The translations under genes were made by a program, and so were the position numbers. From contig CAWJGT010000009.1 of assembly GCA_963842525.1 (NCBI GenBank), positions 288,001-352,000 of the forward strand: a stretch of DNA of 64,000 bases. Reading direction: 5' to 3'. How positions within the stretch are numbered: position 1 is the stretch's first letter; every line of letters starts with the position of its first letter. Shown here piece after piece: positions 21,944 to 32,328 of the stretch. The stretch is from an uncultured Holophagales bacterium. GTDB lineage: Bacteria; Acidobacteriota; Thermoanaerobaculia; Multivoradales; UBA5704. Below the pieces are notes generated by a model. That model saw only the letters and a program-made list of their open reading frames with translations. It was not told the DNA's origin and made no database searches.

Positions 21944-22641
21944 TGGCTGGATCGAGCCGCCGCGAAGAGCGGCACGTCGCCACGCTGGTCCACGGCCGCT
22001 TCCTCCTGGAGACGCCGGCGACCCCGGAGTCGTTGGAGCGTGTGGAGCGCGCGCCCCTGGTGGTCGGCTTCCACGGCTACGGCGAGACCGCCGAGCGCCA
22101 CCTGGACGAGCTGCGCCGCATCCCCGGCGCCGCACAGTGGGTGCTCTGCGCGGTCCAGGCGCTCCACCCCTTCTACAACCGGACGGGCGAGGTGATCGCG
22201 AGCTGGATGACGCGGCAGGACCGCGAGCTCGCGATCCAGGACAACGTCCTCTACGTGGCCGGCGTGGTCGCCGAGGTCAAGCGGACGCTGCCGGTCTCCC
22301 CGGACCGCCTCGTCTTCCTCGGCTTCTCCCAGGGCGCCGCCATGGCCTATCGCGCCGCAGCCGGCAGCGGCCACCCCTGCCAGGGCGTCGTGGTCCTGGG
22401 CGGCGACGTGCCGCCGGAGCTGGAGCAGCGCGGCCTCGCCGGCTTCCCGCCCGTCCTCCTCGGCCGCGGCAGCAGCGAGGAGTGGTACGACGCCGCCAAG
22501 ATGGAGCACGACGTCGAGGTCCTCCGCACCCGCGGCGTCGACGTCCGCCCGCTGGTCTTCACCGGCGGCCATGAATGGACCAACGAGTTCCGCGCCGCTG
22601 CCGGGGAGTTCCTGCGCGAGGTCCTGGGGCAAGCTTCTTAG
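21940..22641 (+). CDS. Phospholipase/carboxylesterase family alpha/beta hydrolase
   Basis: FHGYG, GFSQG nucleophile elbow, C-terminal GGH; overlaps the trpA stop. Confidence 0.8.
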   Translation: MMAGSSRREERHVATLVHGRFLLETPATPESLERVERAPLVVGFHGYGETAERHLDELRRIPGAAQWVLCAVQALHPFYNRTGEVIASWMTRQDRELAIQDNVLYVAGVVAEVKRTLPVSPDRLVFLGFSQGAAMAYRAAAGSGHPCQGVVVLGGDVPPELEQRGLAGFPPVLLGRGSSEEWYDAAKMEHDVEVLRTRGVDVRPLVFTGGHEWTNEFRAAAGEFLREVLGQAS

Positions 22642-22650
22642 GCAACATTT

Positions 22651-22708
22651 CCCCCTCTCCCGGGTGGGCGTGAGCGCGGGTGGGAGAGGGGGCCAGGGGG
22701 GTGAGGGC
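22651..22708. repeat. REP-like half element
   Basis: CCCCTCTCCC..GGGAGAGGGGGCCAGGGGGGTGAGG. Confidence 0.8.
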
Positions 22709-22711
22709 TCC

Positions 22712-22748
22712 AAAAAAGAAAAGGGCACCCCGGCGGCCAGGGCGCCCC
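22712..22748 (-). terminator. Probable intrinsic terminator for minus-strand genes
   Basis: A-run followed by a GGGCACCC..GGGCGCCC stem between convergent genes. Confidence 0.55.
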
Positions 22749-22777
22749 ATCTACGACTGTTGCTCGATGAAGTCGAC

Positions 22778-23020
22778 TTACTGGGCGGGCGGGGTCATGT
22801 CGGTACCGGTGGTACCCATGTCCGTGGTGCCCATGTCGGTGCCCATTCCCATGTCGGTCGTGCCCATGTCGGTTCCCATGGTATCGATCGGCGCGGTGGT
22901 GTCCTCCATCGTGGTAGCCGGGCTCTCCTCGACGTTCGCGTCCTTCTTGCAGCCGACCATCGGCACGAGGAGGGCAGCCAGCAGACACAGGATCGACAGG
23001 TGAATAAACAGCTTTCTCAT
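22778..23020 (-). CDS. Small lipoprotein with Met/Thr/Asp/Gly repeats
   Basis: Lipobox MVGC; tail TMGTDMGTTDMGMGTDMGTTDMG; SD upstream. Confidence 0.7.
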   Translation of the reverse strand: MRKLFIHLSILCLLAALLVPMVGCKKDANVEESPATTMEDTTAPIDTMGTDMGTTDMGMGTDMGTTDMGTTGTDMTPPAQ

Positions 23021-23072
23021 TTCCTTTTCTCCCTTGTTAAATGCAACTGGATGAAGATACGACAGGGCGATT

Positions 23073-23396
23073 CTACTGCCGGTCGCCCACCTTGATCAGG
23101 TTGATCACCCGCCGGACGCCGTCCGTCTCGCGGGCCAACCGTTCCGCCTCGGTCCGGGCCTCGGTCTTGTCGACCCGTCCCTGGAGCGTCACGACACCCT
23201 CATTGGTATCGACGTCGATGTTGAACGGATTGATGTTTCCGTCCGTTGCCAGCTTCGCCTTGACCGCGGCGGTGATCGCCGCGTCGTCCACCTGCTGTCC
23301 CGGCGTTTCCGTCGAGCTGCAGGCTGCCAACCCAAGCAGGGCCACCATCAGTGCAAGACCAGCGACCCAGAAGCGCAGCATCGATCTGTTGTTCAT
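23073..23396 (-). CDS. BON domain lipoprotein (OsmY-like)
   Basis: Lipobox LAAC; DDAAITAAVKAKL, GVVTLQG, DGVRRVINLI. Confidence 0.9.
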   Translation of the reverse strand: MNNRSMLRFWVAGLALMVALLGLAACSSTETPGQQVDDAAITAAVKAKLATDGNINPFNIDVDTNEGVVTLQGRVDKTEARTEAERLARETDGVRRVINLIKVGDRQ

Positions 23397-23478
23397 TGCC
23401 TTCCTCCTCGCTTGAACCTGTTCGTTTCAGAAGGTCTGTGGCTCAGACCACCCGGTACTTAACCGTAGCCGGTCTAAA

Positions 23479-23493
23479 GCAGAATTTGTGCCA
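23479..23493 (-). promoter_or_regulatory. sigma-54 promoter (BON gene)
   Basis: Minus strand TGGCAC-AAATT-CTGC. Confidence 0.65.
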
Positions 23494-23634
23494 CAGTCTC
23501 CCCTGCTTCCCTGTTCAGGTTCTCCAGATCGAAGCGTCGCCGGACGGCACGGGAGTATATATCCTCCCTTGCGACTCCTCAAGGGGGTCTTTGCAAGAGA
23601 GGGTCTCCGGGGTCGCCAAGTCCCGCGTGGTCCG

Positions 23635-24977
<1,343 letters not shown>

Positions 24978-24979
24978 CG

Positions 24980-26071
24980 CTACTCCTTCTCCTTCTCTGG
25001 ATCTTGGGCCAGACTCAATTCTACCTCATACGACCGCGGGCATCCGGAATTCCCCACATCGCGCACCTGCCCACCCTGGGTCTCCAGGAGGGCGCGCGCG
25101 CTCCAGAGCTGCGCCAGCAGGCCCTGGGGCGAGACCTCGACGTCGAATCCGGGCGCCGGCTCCGGGCCCGTGCCGCCGGTCTCGCCGCAGATCCCGGAGA
25201 CCCGCACCCGCGCCTGCCGCCCGCGCGACTCCACGCCGAGCTCCAGGAGGCCGTCGCGCGGCACCGTGCCGAGCGCCGCCACCGCCAGGTGGAGCAGGGC
25301 CTGGCGGAGCACGAAGCGGTTGCCCGCCACCTGGACCGGCGCCGCGGGCAGCACCGGCTTGACCTTGACCTGCTGCTTGCGCGCCGGCCCGGCGAGCAGC
25401 GACGCCAGGTCCTCGAGCAGCTCGCGCAGGTCCAGCACCTCGTCGCGGTCGCCGCGCGGCGAGATCTGCGCGATGTAGATCTCCATCTCGCGGTGCAGGC
25501 GCGTCAGCTCCTCGCGCAGCACGTTGACGTAGCGGAGCTGGCGGTCCCGGCCTCCCGGCTCGCTGCCGCGCCCCGAGGCGATCGTCTCCTTCAGGACCTC
25601 GATGTTGAAGACCATGGCGTTGATCGGCGCCCGCAGGTCGTGCGCCACCGCGGGCGTGATCTGCGCCAGGGTGCGCAGCAGAGCCGCCCGGCGCAGGTCG
25701 GCCGCCACCGCCTCCCGGGCCTCGGGGTCGCGGACCAGCAGCACGCCGCCGCCGCGGCCATCCGGCCGCAGCTCGACGGTCAGGCGCCGCAGCCCGTCTC
25801 CGGCCGGGATCTCGACCTCGGTGACCTCGTCCCAGCGCAGGCCGGCCGCCTCCAGGCGGGACCGCACCTCGCCCCAGCGCCCCGCGAGCCCCGCCCGTCG
25901 ATGACCCTCGGCGAGATCCAGCAGCTCCCGGGCGCGCGGATCGGCGGAAACGATTTCGCCCTCCACGAGCACCAGGATCCCCGGCTCGAGCAGCCGGTCG
26001 ACGTCCACCCGGGCTTCGAGCTCCTTGTCCACAGCGACGTTCATGTTCCGCTCTCCGATCACCGGCATCAC
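24980..26071 (-). CDS. Histidine kinase-like protein with a degenerate ATP-binding domain
   Basis: H-box VAHDLRAPINAM; N, G1, F and G2 boxes not recognisable. Confidence 0.7.
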   Translation of the reverse strand: MMPVIGERNMNVAVDKELEARVDVDRLLEPGILVLVEGEIVSADPRARELLDLAEGHRRAGLAGRWGEVRSRLEAAGLRWDEVTEVEIPAGDGLRRLTVELRPDGRGGGVLLVRDPEAREAVAADLRRAALLRTLAQITPAVAHDLRAPINAMVFNIEVLKETIASGRGSEPGGRDRQLRYVNVLREELTRLHREMEIYIAQISPRGDRDEVLDLRELLEDLASLLAGPARKQQVKVKPVLPAAPVQVAGNRFVLRQALLHLAVAALGTVPRDGLLELGVESRGRQARVRVSGICGETGGTGPEPAPGFDVEVSPQGLLAQLWSARALLETQGGQVRDVGNSGCPRSYEVELSLAQDPEKEKE

Positions 26072-27618
26072 AGACTGTTCCTCATCATGTCATCGTCCGC
26101 CAGCGCCGAGGTCAGGAAGCTCTCCGCCCACCAGAACACGTCGTGCCTCTCCACCTCGGCGCGCAGGCGGCGCATGCGGCCGGCCCGCTCGGCCGGCTTC
26201 ATCCGCAGCGCCCGGTAGAGGGTGCGGGCGGTGGCTTCAACATTGTAGGGATTGACCAGCAGCGCGCCGTCCGCGAGCTGCGCGGCAGCCCCCGCGAACT
26301 CGGACAGCACCAGGACCCCCCGGCCGTCGAGATCGGCGGCGCAGTACTCCTTGGCCACCAGCTCCATGCCCGCCTTGAGCGGAATCACCAGCGCCACGTC
26401 CGCCGCCCGGTAGCAGGCGAGCAGCTCGTCCATCTCCAGCCCGCGGTGGACGTAGTGGACCGGCACCCAGCCGGGCCGGCCGAACCGGCCGTTGACCTCG
26501 CCCACCGCGCGCTCGATCTCGGCGCGCAGGGCCGCGTGCCGGGGCAGGTCCTCCCGGCAGGGAGTCACCGCCTGGAACAGCGAGACCTTCTCCCGCATCC
26601 CCGGGAAGCGGGAGAGCATCTCGGCGAACGCCTGCAGCTTCTCCAGGATGCCCCTGGACCGGTCGAGACGGTCGACGCCCAGCACGAGCTGCCGGCCGCG
26701 ATGGGACGCCCGGATCCGCGCCGCGCGTTCGTCCACCTCCGGCCGCGCCGCCCGCTCGGCGAGGTCGCGGGCGTCGATGCCGATCGGGAAGCTGCCCGCG
26801 GTCGTTGATCCCGTCCCGGTCGATCCCAAGGTCCACAGGCCGTTGCCGCGCGGCGCCACCTGGACGTCGGGCTGCAGCAGCCGCACGCAGGTCAGGAAGC
26901 TCTCCAGGTCGCCCGGCGTCTGGAACCCGACCTGGTCATAGGCCAGCATCCCGGCGAGCAGCCGGTCCCGCCAGGGGAGCTTCAGGAAGAGGCCGGGTGC
27001 CGGGAAGGGCAGATGGAGGAAGAAGGCCGTCCGCGCCATGGCTCCAGAGTTGACCCCGAGATGGGCTCCCAGGTGCCGCAGCTCGCGGGCGACGCCGATC
27101 AGCAGCGGGTCCTGCACCCACAACAGGTCGCGGCCGGCCGAGCGCGCCAGCGTCCTGGCCGCGGCGCGCGCGAACTTGCGGCACACCTTCCCATAGGCCT
27201 GCCAGTAGGCGCGTTCGAACCGGCACTCCTGCGGCATGTCGTGGAACAGCGGCCAGAGCACCTCGCCCGAGAAGCCGGCGCACGCGTCGTGCTTCTCCTG
27301 GGCGCTCAGCGCGACCGGCCGCAGGGTGTAGCCCCCCTCCTGGATCGCCCCCGCGAGCACCTTGCGCATCCCGGGGACCTCCTCCTCCGCCACGTCCGGG
27401 CAGCCGATCCAGACGCCGCGGCGGCGCCGCAACACCGGCGCCAGCGCCGAGGCCAGGGCGCTGCGGACCGGAGCCGCCCGCCAGCCGGCCCCCCCGTCCC
27501 GGGTCAACCTGATGGGCAGACGCTCGGACAGGACCAGGATGCGGCCTGGGGCGGGAAGCCCCGGCTTGCCGACGCGAAGGCGGACGCCGGAGAGAGTCTG
27601 CATGCTCGAAATGCTCAT
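26068..27618 (-). CDS. Trehalose-6-phosphate synthase-like protein (GT20), degenerate motifs
   Basis: LWPLFH, FFLHLPFP, GFQT, FPIGID, LGVDRLD, GMELVAKEY, LSEFAGAA, LVNPY. Confidence 0.85.
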   Translation of the reverse strand: MSISSMQTLSGVRLRVGKPGLPAPGRILVLSERLPIRLTRDGGAGWRAAPVRSALASALAPVLRRRRGVWIGCPDVAEEEVPGMRKVLAGAIQEGGYTLRPVALSAQEKHDACAGFSGEVLWPLFHDMPQECRFERAYWQAYGKVCRKFARAAARTLARSAGRDLLWVQDPLLIGVARELRHLGAHLGVNSGAMARTAFFLHLPFPAPGLFLKLPWRDRLLAGMLAYDQVGFQTPGDLESFLTCVRLLQPDVQVAPRGNGLWTLGSTGTGSTTAGSFPIGIDARDLAERAARPEVDERAARIRASHRGRQLVLGVDRLDRSRGILEKLQAFAEMLSRFPGMREKVSLFQAVTPCREDLPRHAALRAEIERAVGEVNGRFGRPGWVPVHYVHRGLEMDELLACYRAADVALVIPLKAGMELVAKEYCAADLDGRGVLVLSEFAGAAAQLADGALLVNPYNVEATARTLYRALRMKPAERAGRMRRLRAEVERHDVFWWAESFLTSALADDDMMRNSL

Positions 27619-27696
27619 CGAAAGCCCTGCCCCGCTGAATCGACTACAAAGTGAAAATGACGCGAGCGAGCCGCGCGGGCGGCCCTGTCCTTGATA

Positions 27697-27726
27697 GCAG
27701 GTTGCGTGCCACGGCATGTGCCGTGC
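27697..27726. promoter_or_regulatory. Back-to-back divergent sigma-54 promoters (otsA-like gene / Topo IB)
   Basis: Minus strand TGGCAC-GCAAC-CTGC (27711-27697) abuts plus strand CGGCAT-GTGCC-GTGC (27712-27726). Confidence 0.6.
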
Positions 27727-27847
27727 AAAGCGCGGGACGCCAGGGAGCGGGCACAGGTGCGGCGGGCTGCGCAGGACAGCCCTCCGCAGGAGCCCGATCA
27801 GGGAACTTCTTACAAAGGACGCCCCGAGCGTCCGTGCAAAGGTGGAT

Positions 27848-28948
27848 ATGGCCTCCGCAGCAGAGACCGTCGAGACCTCCGAGCTCATCGACACCGGCCT
27901 GACCGTCGCCGTCTTCGTCGACCCCGTCGAGAGCGCCAAGGCCGCGGGCCTGCGCTATGTGACCGACGACGCGCCGGGCATCCGGCGCCGCAAGAGGGGA
28001 AAGGGCTTCGGCTACACCGATCCCAAGGGCAGCCCGGTCCGCGATGCAAAGACCCTGGAGCGGATCCGGAAGCTGGCGATCCCACCGGCCTGGACCGACG
28101 TGTGGATCTGCCCGAGCCCGAACGGGCACCTGCAGGCGACCGGCCGTGACGCCCGCGGCCGCAAGCAGTACCGCTACCACGCGGACTGGAGGAACGTCCG
28201 CGACGAGACCAAGTTCGGCCGCATGATCGTCTTCGGCGAGTCGCTGCCGAAGATCCGCCAGAAGATCGACGAGGACATGGGGCTCCGCGGCCTGCCGCGC
28301 GAAAAGGTCCTCGCCACGGTCGTCACGCTCCTGGAGACCACCCTCATCCGGGTCGGCAACCGGGAGTACATGAAGCAGAACAACTCCTTCGGCCTCACCA
28401 CCCTGCGCGACGGCCACGTGGACATCGAGGGCTCGAAGCTGCGTTTTGAATTCCGCGGCAAGAGCGGCAAGGAGCATTCGGTCGAGGTCCAGGACCGGCG
28501 GCTGGCGCGCATCGTCAAGCAGTGCCGGGACATCCCGGGGCAGACCCTCTTCCAGTACCTGGACGAAAACGGCGAGCGGCAAAAGGTGAGATCCGAGGAC
28601 GTCAACGCCTACCTGCGGGAGATCACGGGAGAGGACTTCAGCGCCAAGGACTTCCGCACCTGGGGAGGCACGGTTCTGGCCCTCTCCTACCTGCTGGACA
28701 TGGGCGCCTGCGAGTCGGAGAAGGAGGCCAGCAAGGCCGTGGTCCAGGCCATCAAGCAGGTGGCCGACGGCCTGGGCAACCGTCCCGCCATCTGCCGCAA
28801 GTACTACGTCCACCCCACCGTGATCGAGGCCTACGTCGAAGGCCGGCTCGCCGAGACCCTCCAGGACGCCGTGGAGACCGCCGAAGACGACGACACCGGC
28901 GGCCTGCGCAGGCTGGAGGCCCAGGTGCTGGCGCTGCTCAAGGGGTGA
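27848..28948 (+). CDS. DNA topoisomerase IB (bacterial)
   Basis: IPPAWTDVWIC, GRKQYRYH, IRVGN, FRGKSG, KDFRTW, LGNRPAICRKYYVHP. Confidence 0.93.
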   Translation: MASAAETVETSELIDTGLTVAVFVDPVESAKAAGLRYVTDDAPGIRRRKRGKGFGYTDPKGSPVRDAKTLERIRKLAIPPAWTDVWICPSPNGHLQATGRDARGRKQYRYHADWRNVRDETKFGRMIVFGESLPKIRQKIDEDMGLRGLPREKVLATVVTLLETTLIRVGNREYMKQNNSFGLTTLRDGHVDIEGSKLRFEFRGKSGKEHSVEVQDRRLARIVKQCRDIPGQTLFQYLDENGERQKVRSEDVNAYLREITGEDFSAKDFRTWGGTVLALSYLLDMGACESEKEASKAVVQAIKQVADGLGNRPAICRKYYVHPTVIEAYVEGRLAETLQDAVETAEDDDTGGLRRLEAQVLALLKG

Positions 28949-28967
28949 GCCAGGGGGAGGGGGGCAC

Positions 28968-28995
28968 AAAAAAGGGCACCCCGAAAGGTGCCCTT
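28968..28995 (-). terminator. Intrinsic terminator between convergent genes
   Basis: A-run followed by AAGGGCACC-ccgaaa-GGTGCCCTT. Confidence 0.7.
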
Positions 28996-29051
28996 CCTGG
29001 AGACTTCACCCGCCACCCCACCCGCTCCGTATTTCGCCCGCGCACCCGCCC

Positions 29052-29282
29052 TCAGTTCAGCCAGACCTCCTGTTGAAACAGAAAGATCAAATTCTTTTCC
29101 TCGAAGGCGGTAAAAAACTCGTCCCAACTGATCGGCACGAGCTCCTCGTCGTCTTCTTCACCGGGAAAGTCGATCCGCAATGAGATCGGCTCCTCCCCGA
29201 TGACCTTGGCGGGCCGTCCTCCGCGTTCCTCGGCCCATCTGCGGATTACGTCGTGATCCGTGGTGGTCCTGCTCTCCGCCAT
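29052..29282 (-). CDS. Small conserved hypothetical protein
   Basis: TTTDHDVIRRWAEERGGRPA, LRIDFP, ISWDEFF; SD AAGGAAGG. Confidence 0.75.
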   Translation of the reverse strand: MAESRTTTDHDVIRRWAEERGGRPAKVIGEEPISLRIDFPGEEDDEELVPISWDEFFTAFEEKNLIFLFQQEVWLN

Positions 29283-29432
29283 GGGTTCCCCCTTCCTTTC
29301 TAGAGATCAGCCGTTCACCACCTCCCCGCCACTGGGGTGCAGCACCTGGCCGGACACCTAGGACACATCGTCCGAAGCCAACAACACACAACAGGGGGCG
29401 ATCTCTTCCGGCTGCCCTGGTTCGCTGGCTGG

Positions 29433-29927
29433 TCAGCCGACCAGCGCCTCCTGGTTGACGTGGCTCTCGGCGAGCATGGTCAGCCGCTCGTCGGTCTCTT
29501 CCTCCTCAGTGAGTGTACGTTCGAGCAGGGTCACATGTTCGTCATGGCCGAGGAGCTCGGCGTAGGTGCGGACCGTGCCGTAGCCCGCGATCTCGTAGTG
29601 CTCCACCCGCTGGGCCGCGGCGATCAGGCCGGCGTCGAGCACATTCGGCTCGCCCTTCGTCTTGATCATCTGCTCGCCTTCCTTGATCAGCCCCTTCATC
29701 CCTTCGCAGGTGTGGCCGCCCGGCTTCTCGCCGAGGCTCTGGAAGATCCGCTCCAGCCGGTTGACGTGCTCCTGGGTCTGGAGCAGGTGTTCCTGGAAGC
29801 CCCTCTTGAGGTCGGCAGCGGTGGCCGCCTCAGCCATCTTGGGCAGCGCGTCGACGAGCTGGGTCTCGGCGCTGTAGAGGTCCTTGAGCTGTTCCAGGTA
29901 GAGGTCTTTCAAAGATTCCAATCGCAT
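29433..29927 (-). CDS. Ferritin-like DUF892 (YciF family) stress protein
   Basis: LKDLYSAETQ, CEGMKGLIKEG, AQRVEHYEIAGYG, EEEETDERLT. Confidence 0.92.
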   Translation of the reverse strand: MRLESLKDLYLEQLKDLYSAETQLVDALPKMAEAATAADLKRGFQEHLLQTQEHVNRLERIFQSLGEKPGGHTCEGMKGLIKEGEQMIKTKGEPNVLDAGLIAAAQRVEHYEIAGYGTVRTYAELLGHDEHVTLLERTLTEEEETDERLTMLAESHVNQEALVG

Positions 29928-30015
29928 GAGCTCCTCCTTGCTGTGATTCGTGGTTGAAAAAATCCCGTCGCCGCGTACGGCTGGCGGGATGAGCTCTCAG
30001 CGACGAAAGAAAACC

Positions 30016-30030
30016 GCAAGATCCGTGCCC
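30016..30030 (-). promoter_or_regulatory. sigma-54 promoter (yciF-like gene)
   Basis: Minus strand GGGCAC-GGATC-TTGC. Confidence 0.6.
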
Positions 30031-30130
30031 GACGGATATGTAGGGGCGGCCCTTGTGGCCGCCCTCCGGAAGGGCACTTTTCAGACGTGACAGGGTACTA
30101 GCCGCTTGGAGATAAGTATGAGGAGCGCGG

Positions 30131-30598
30131 CTATACCTTCTCGACCCGCTCGTACTGCGTCATCCTGCCGCCGAGGCTGTGCTGGACGATCCGGATCTTC
30201 TGGTCCATGAGGAGCTTGTCGATGGCGCGCATGAGCGTGGCCCGGCTCGGCGTATAGCCGAGAGCGCGGACCAGATCGCGCTTGTCGAAGACCGCCGGCA
30301 GGCCGGGCAGCGCGTCCGCGAGGCCTTCCATGGCCTCATAATTGGGCCGGCGGACCGGGGGTGGAGGCGGGGCAGGCGGCCGTGCCGCAGCCGGCGGACC
30401 CTTCTTCGGAGCCGCCTCCTGCCGCGGATCGTCCCCTCCGAAGGAGGGGACTGCGGTACCGGTCTCCGCGGCGGCCTCGCGCCGGAGCGCCTCGAGAGCC
30501 CGCAGCTTGGCTTCGTAGCCGGCCCGGACCAGCTCGAGGTCCGCGCGAAGCTGTGCCTCCAGAGCGCGCCGCCGCTGTTCGTACTCTTCGGGTCCCAT
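30131..30598 (-). CDS. Hypothetical protein: N-terminal coiled coil, Pro-rich linker, probable C-terminal winged helix
   Basis: EEYEQRRRALEAQLRADLEL; FDKRDLVRALGYTPSRATLMRAIDKL..IRIV..GGRMTQY; GC-rich third positions. Confidence 0.65.
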   Translation of the reverse strand: MGPEEYEQRRRALEAQLRADLELVRAGYEAKLRALEALRREAAAETGTAVPSFGGDDPRQEAAPKKGPPAAARPPAPPPPPVRRPNYEAMEGLADALPGLPAVFDKRDLVRALGYTPSRATLMRAIDKLLMDQKIRIVQHSLGGRMTQYERVEKV

Positions 30599-30654
30599 GA
30601 TCCCCGAGAGCCTATCCTCCGACCGCCGCCGCGGACAAGGACCGGAACCGCCGC

Positions 30655-30863
30655 GGCACATGGACAGTTGTACCTGCGGAACGGACGGTCACTGCTGCAG
30701 GTCGGACAGTTCGCTCTGCAGGTCGGACGGTCACTGCCGCAGGTCGGACAGTCTCGGCCGCAGCTCGGACAGTTTCCAATGCAGGTCGGACGGTCACTGC
30801 CGCAGGTCGGACGGTTGCCAGCACAGGTCGGACAGTTCACGGCGCAGGTCGGACAGTCCCTCC
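30655..30863. repeat. Tandem 21-bp repeat, about 10 units, core GCAGGTCGGACRGT
   Basis: Units such as GCAGGTCGGACGGTCACTGCC and GCAGGTCGGACAGTTCGCTCT in 21-bp register. Confidence 0.9.
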
Positions 30864-31046
30864 TGAGGCTGCAACCGTCCATCGCTCAGGATGAACCGTC
30901 CGACCCGGAGTGGTGGCGGCGCCAGAACCGGCAGTGACCGTCCACCGCGGACCGGTGGACAGCGCCAGATCAAGGAAGACAGTCCGTCCAAGTCCGGTGG
31001 ACGGCGGGAAACCGGGGCGGTTCCTGTTGGACGTGGTGGGGGCTCC

Positions 31047-31157
31047 TGGGACCGCGGGCGTCTCGCCCGCACAGACTTTCATCGACCGCGGCGTTGCCGC
31101 CAACCCGACGCCGGCCCGAGCGTGAGGAGAGGGCGGGCGAGACGCCCGCGGTCCCAG
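31047..31157. repeat. Inverted REP pair
   Basis: TGGGACCGCGGGCGTCTCGCCCGC ... GCGGGCGAGACGCCCGCGGTCCCA. Confidence 0.8.
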
Positions 31158-31185
31158 GGAGAAACTCTCCCACGCAACCCGGATT

Positions 31186-31241
31186 ATGATTCGACACGAC
31201 GACGGATTGCGGGTTGACGGTCCCGCGAGGGGCCGCTAGTC
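31186..31241 (+). repeat. Direct repeat A, copy 1 (contains a promoter-like TTGACG-17-TAGTC)
   Basis: ATGATTCGACACGACG.CGGATTGCGGGTTGACGGTCCCGCGAGGGGCCGCTAGTC, repeated at 32713-32768. Confidence 0.85.
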
Positions 31242-31290
31242 CAGGAAGTTCGGATCTCCGCGACGCGGGGTGTTTCCGCCCCCATTCCTT

Positions 31291-31918
31291 GTCGCAAAGA
31301 TCGCACGGCGTCGCAAACAAGGCCCACGCGGTCGCAAAGAGCCCGAATTCCGTCGCAAAGGCCCTCTCCACGAGAAACCGAGTGTCGCAAAGCGGAGCGC
31401 GGGAGGTCCGCACGTCCCGTGCAACGCATCCAGTGCGACTTTCCCCATATCCAGCGTCTCGCTGGCGTCGCAAACAGCTCTGCTTCAAGGATCGGGAAAG
31501 GCGCGCAGCCGGATGAGTGCGACGCCAAGGACGTCTATTGCGACTCAGCTCTGTCTTTTGCGCCAAAAAGCCTCCTCCGTGCGACGCAGCGCGCCTGCTT
31601 TGCGCCGATAGATCGATCATGTGCGCCCACGGAGGCGTTCCTTATCGCACGGGTTGCACAGGTTGCGACTCTCGATGGGTTCTGGCTGGCGAAAAATGGC
31701 TCCTGCGCGACACCAACTCCGTCTTGCCGACGGCACAGGGCCTCCGGCCAGCAGAGAAGGTCCGTCGAGTCGCAAAGCAGCGATTGATTGCGCCGAGAAC
31801 GGATAACGTGCGACTCTGAATCGATTTCGAGTCGCACTGAATCGATCCAGCGCGACTCTGGATCGATACATTGCGCCGAGGAGCGGCCTGTTGTCGCAAA
31901 AGAGCCATCTTTGCGACT
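31291..31918. repeat. Phased array of GTCGCA/TGCGAC/TGCGCC hexamers at about 20-21 bp spacing
   Basis: Motifs at e.g. 31310, 31331, 31352, 31518, 31539, 31559, 31580, 31601, 31622, 31664, 31769, 31789, 31809, 31831, 31851, 31872, 31893, 31912. Confidence 0.7.
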
Positions 31919-32064
31919 CCGCTCCCGAGCCGCTCCAGCTACGGCACCGAGGTTGTATTCCTGGTCCGGCGGTTGACCGTCCCCGCGGTAGCGGGGTCGA
32001 AATGAGCCCAGAGAAGCTCGTGTATGATGCCTGAGGGACGAGAGTCCCGTTCGGAGACTTCCCA

Positions 32065-32328
32065 ATGCCACGATCCAAGGTCTCGATTTCGGTTCCCGCA
32101 GAGCTGGCCCGCCAGTTGCCTCCGGACCCGGAGCAGCGGCAGGAAGTCCTGGTGCTCGGGCTTCGGGAGTGGCGGGTCCGCAAGGCCCTGGAGGCCTACC
32201 GCCGAGGCGAAGGGTCGTTGGCGTACGCGGCCCGCCAGGCAGGCATCACTCTGCGCGAGATGATCCCCCTGGCCTACGCGCACGGCCTAGAGCCGAAAGC
32301 ATCAGAATCCGGCGATCCCGGCCTGTGA
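32065..32328 (+). CDS. UPF0175-like antitoxin
   Basis: ALEAYRRGEGSLAYAARQAGITLREM; GTGA overlap with the PIN gene. Confidence 0.65.
   Translation: MPRSKVSISVPAELARQLPPDPEQRQEVLVLGLREWRVRKALEAYRRGEGSLAYAARQAGITLREMIPLAYAHGLEPKASESGDPGL

Noticed and set aside
30040-30066. Lone GTAG-type REP hairpin as a separate system
   Set aside because: Single short copy with no associated transposase in the window; not informative alone.
30655-30863. CRISPR array
   Set aside because: The unit is only 21 bp with 7-nt variable parts, far too short for spacers, and there are no cas genes.
30160-30882. Metallothionein-like CxxC-repeat ORF
   Set aside because: The CxxC pattern is one of several frames of the DNA repeat, and the ORF overlaps the better-supported 30131-30598 gene out of frame. 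Not called as a CDS.
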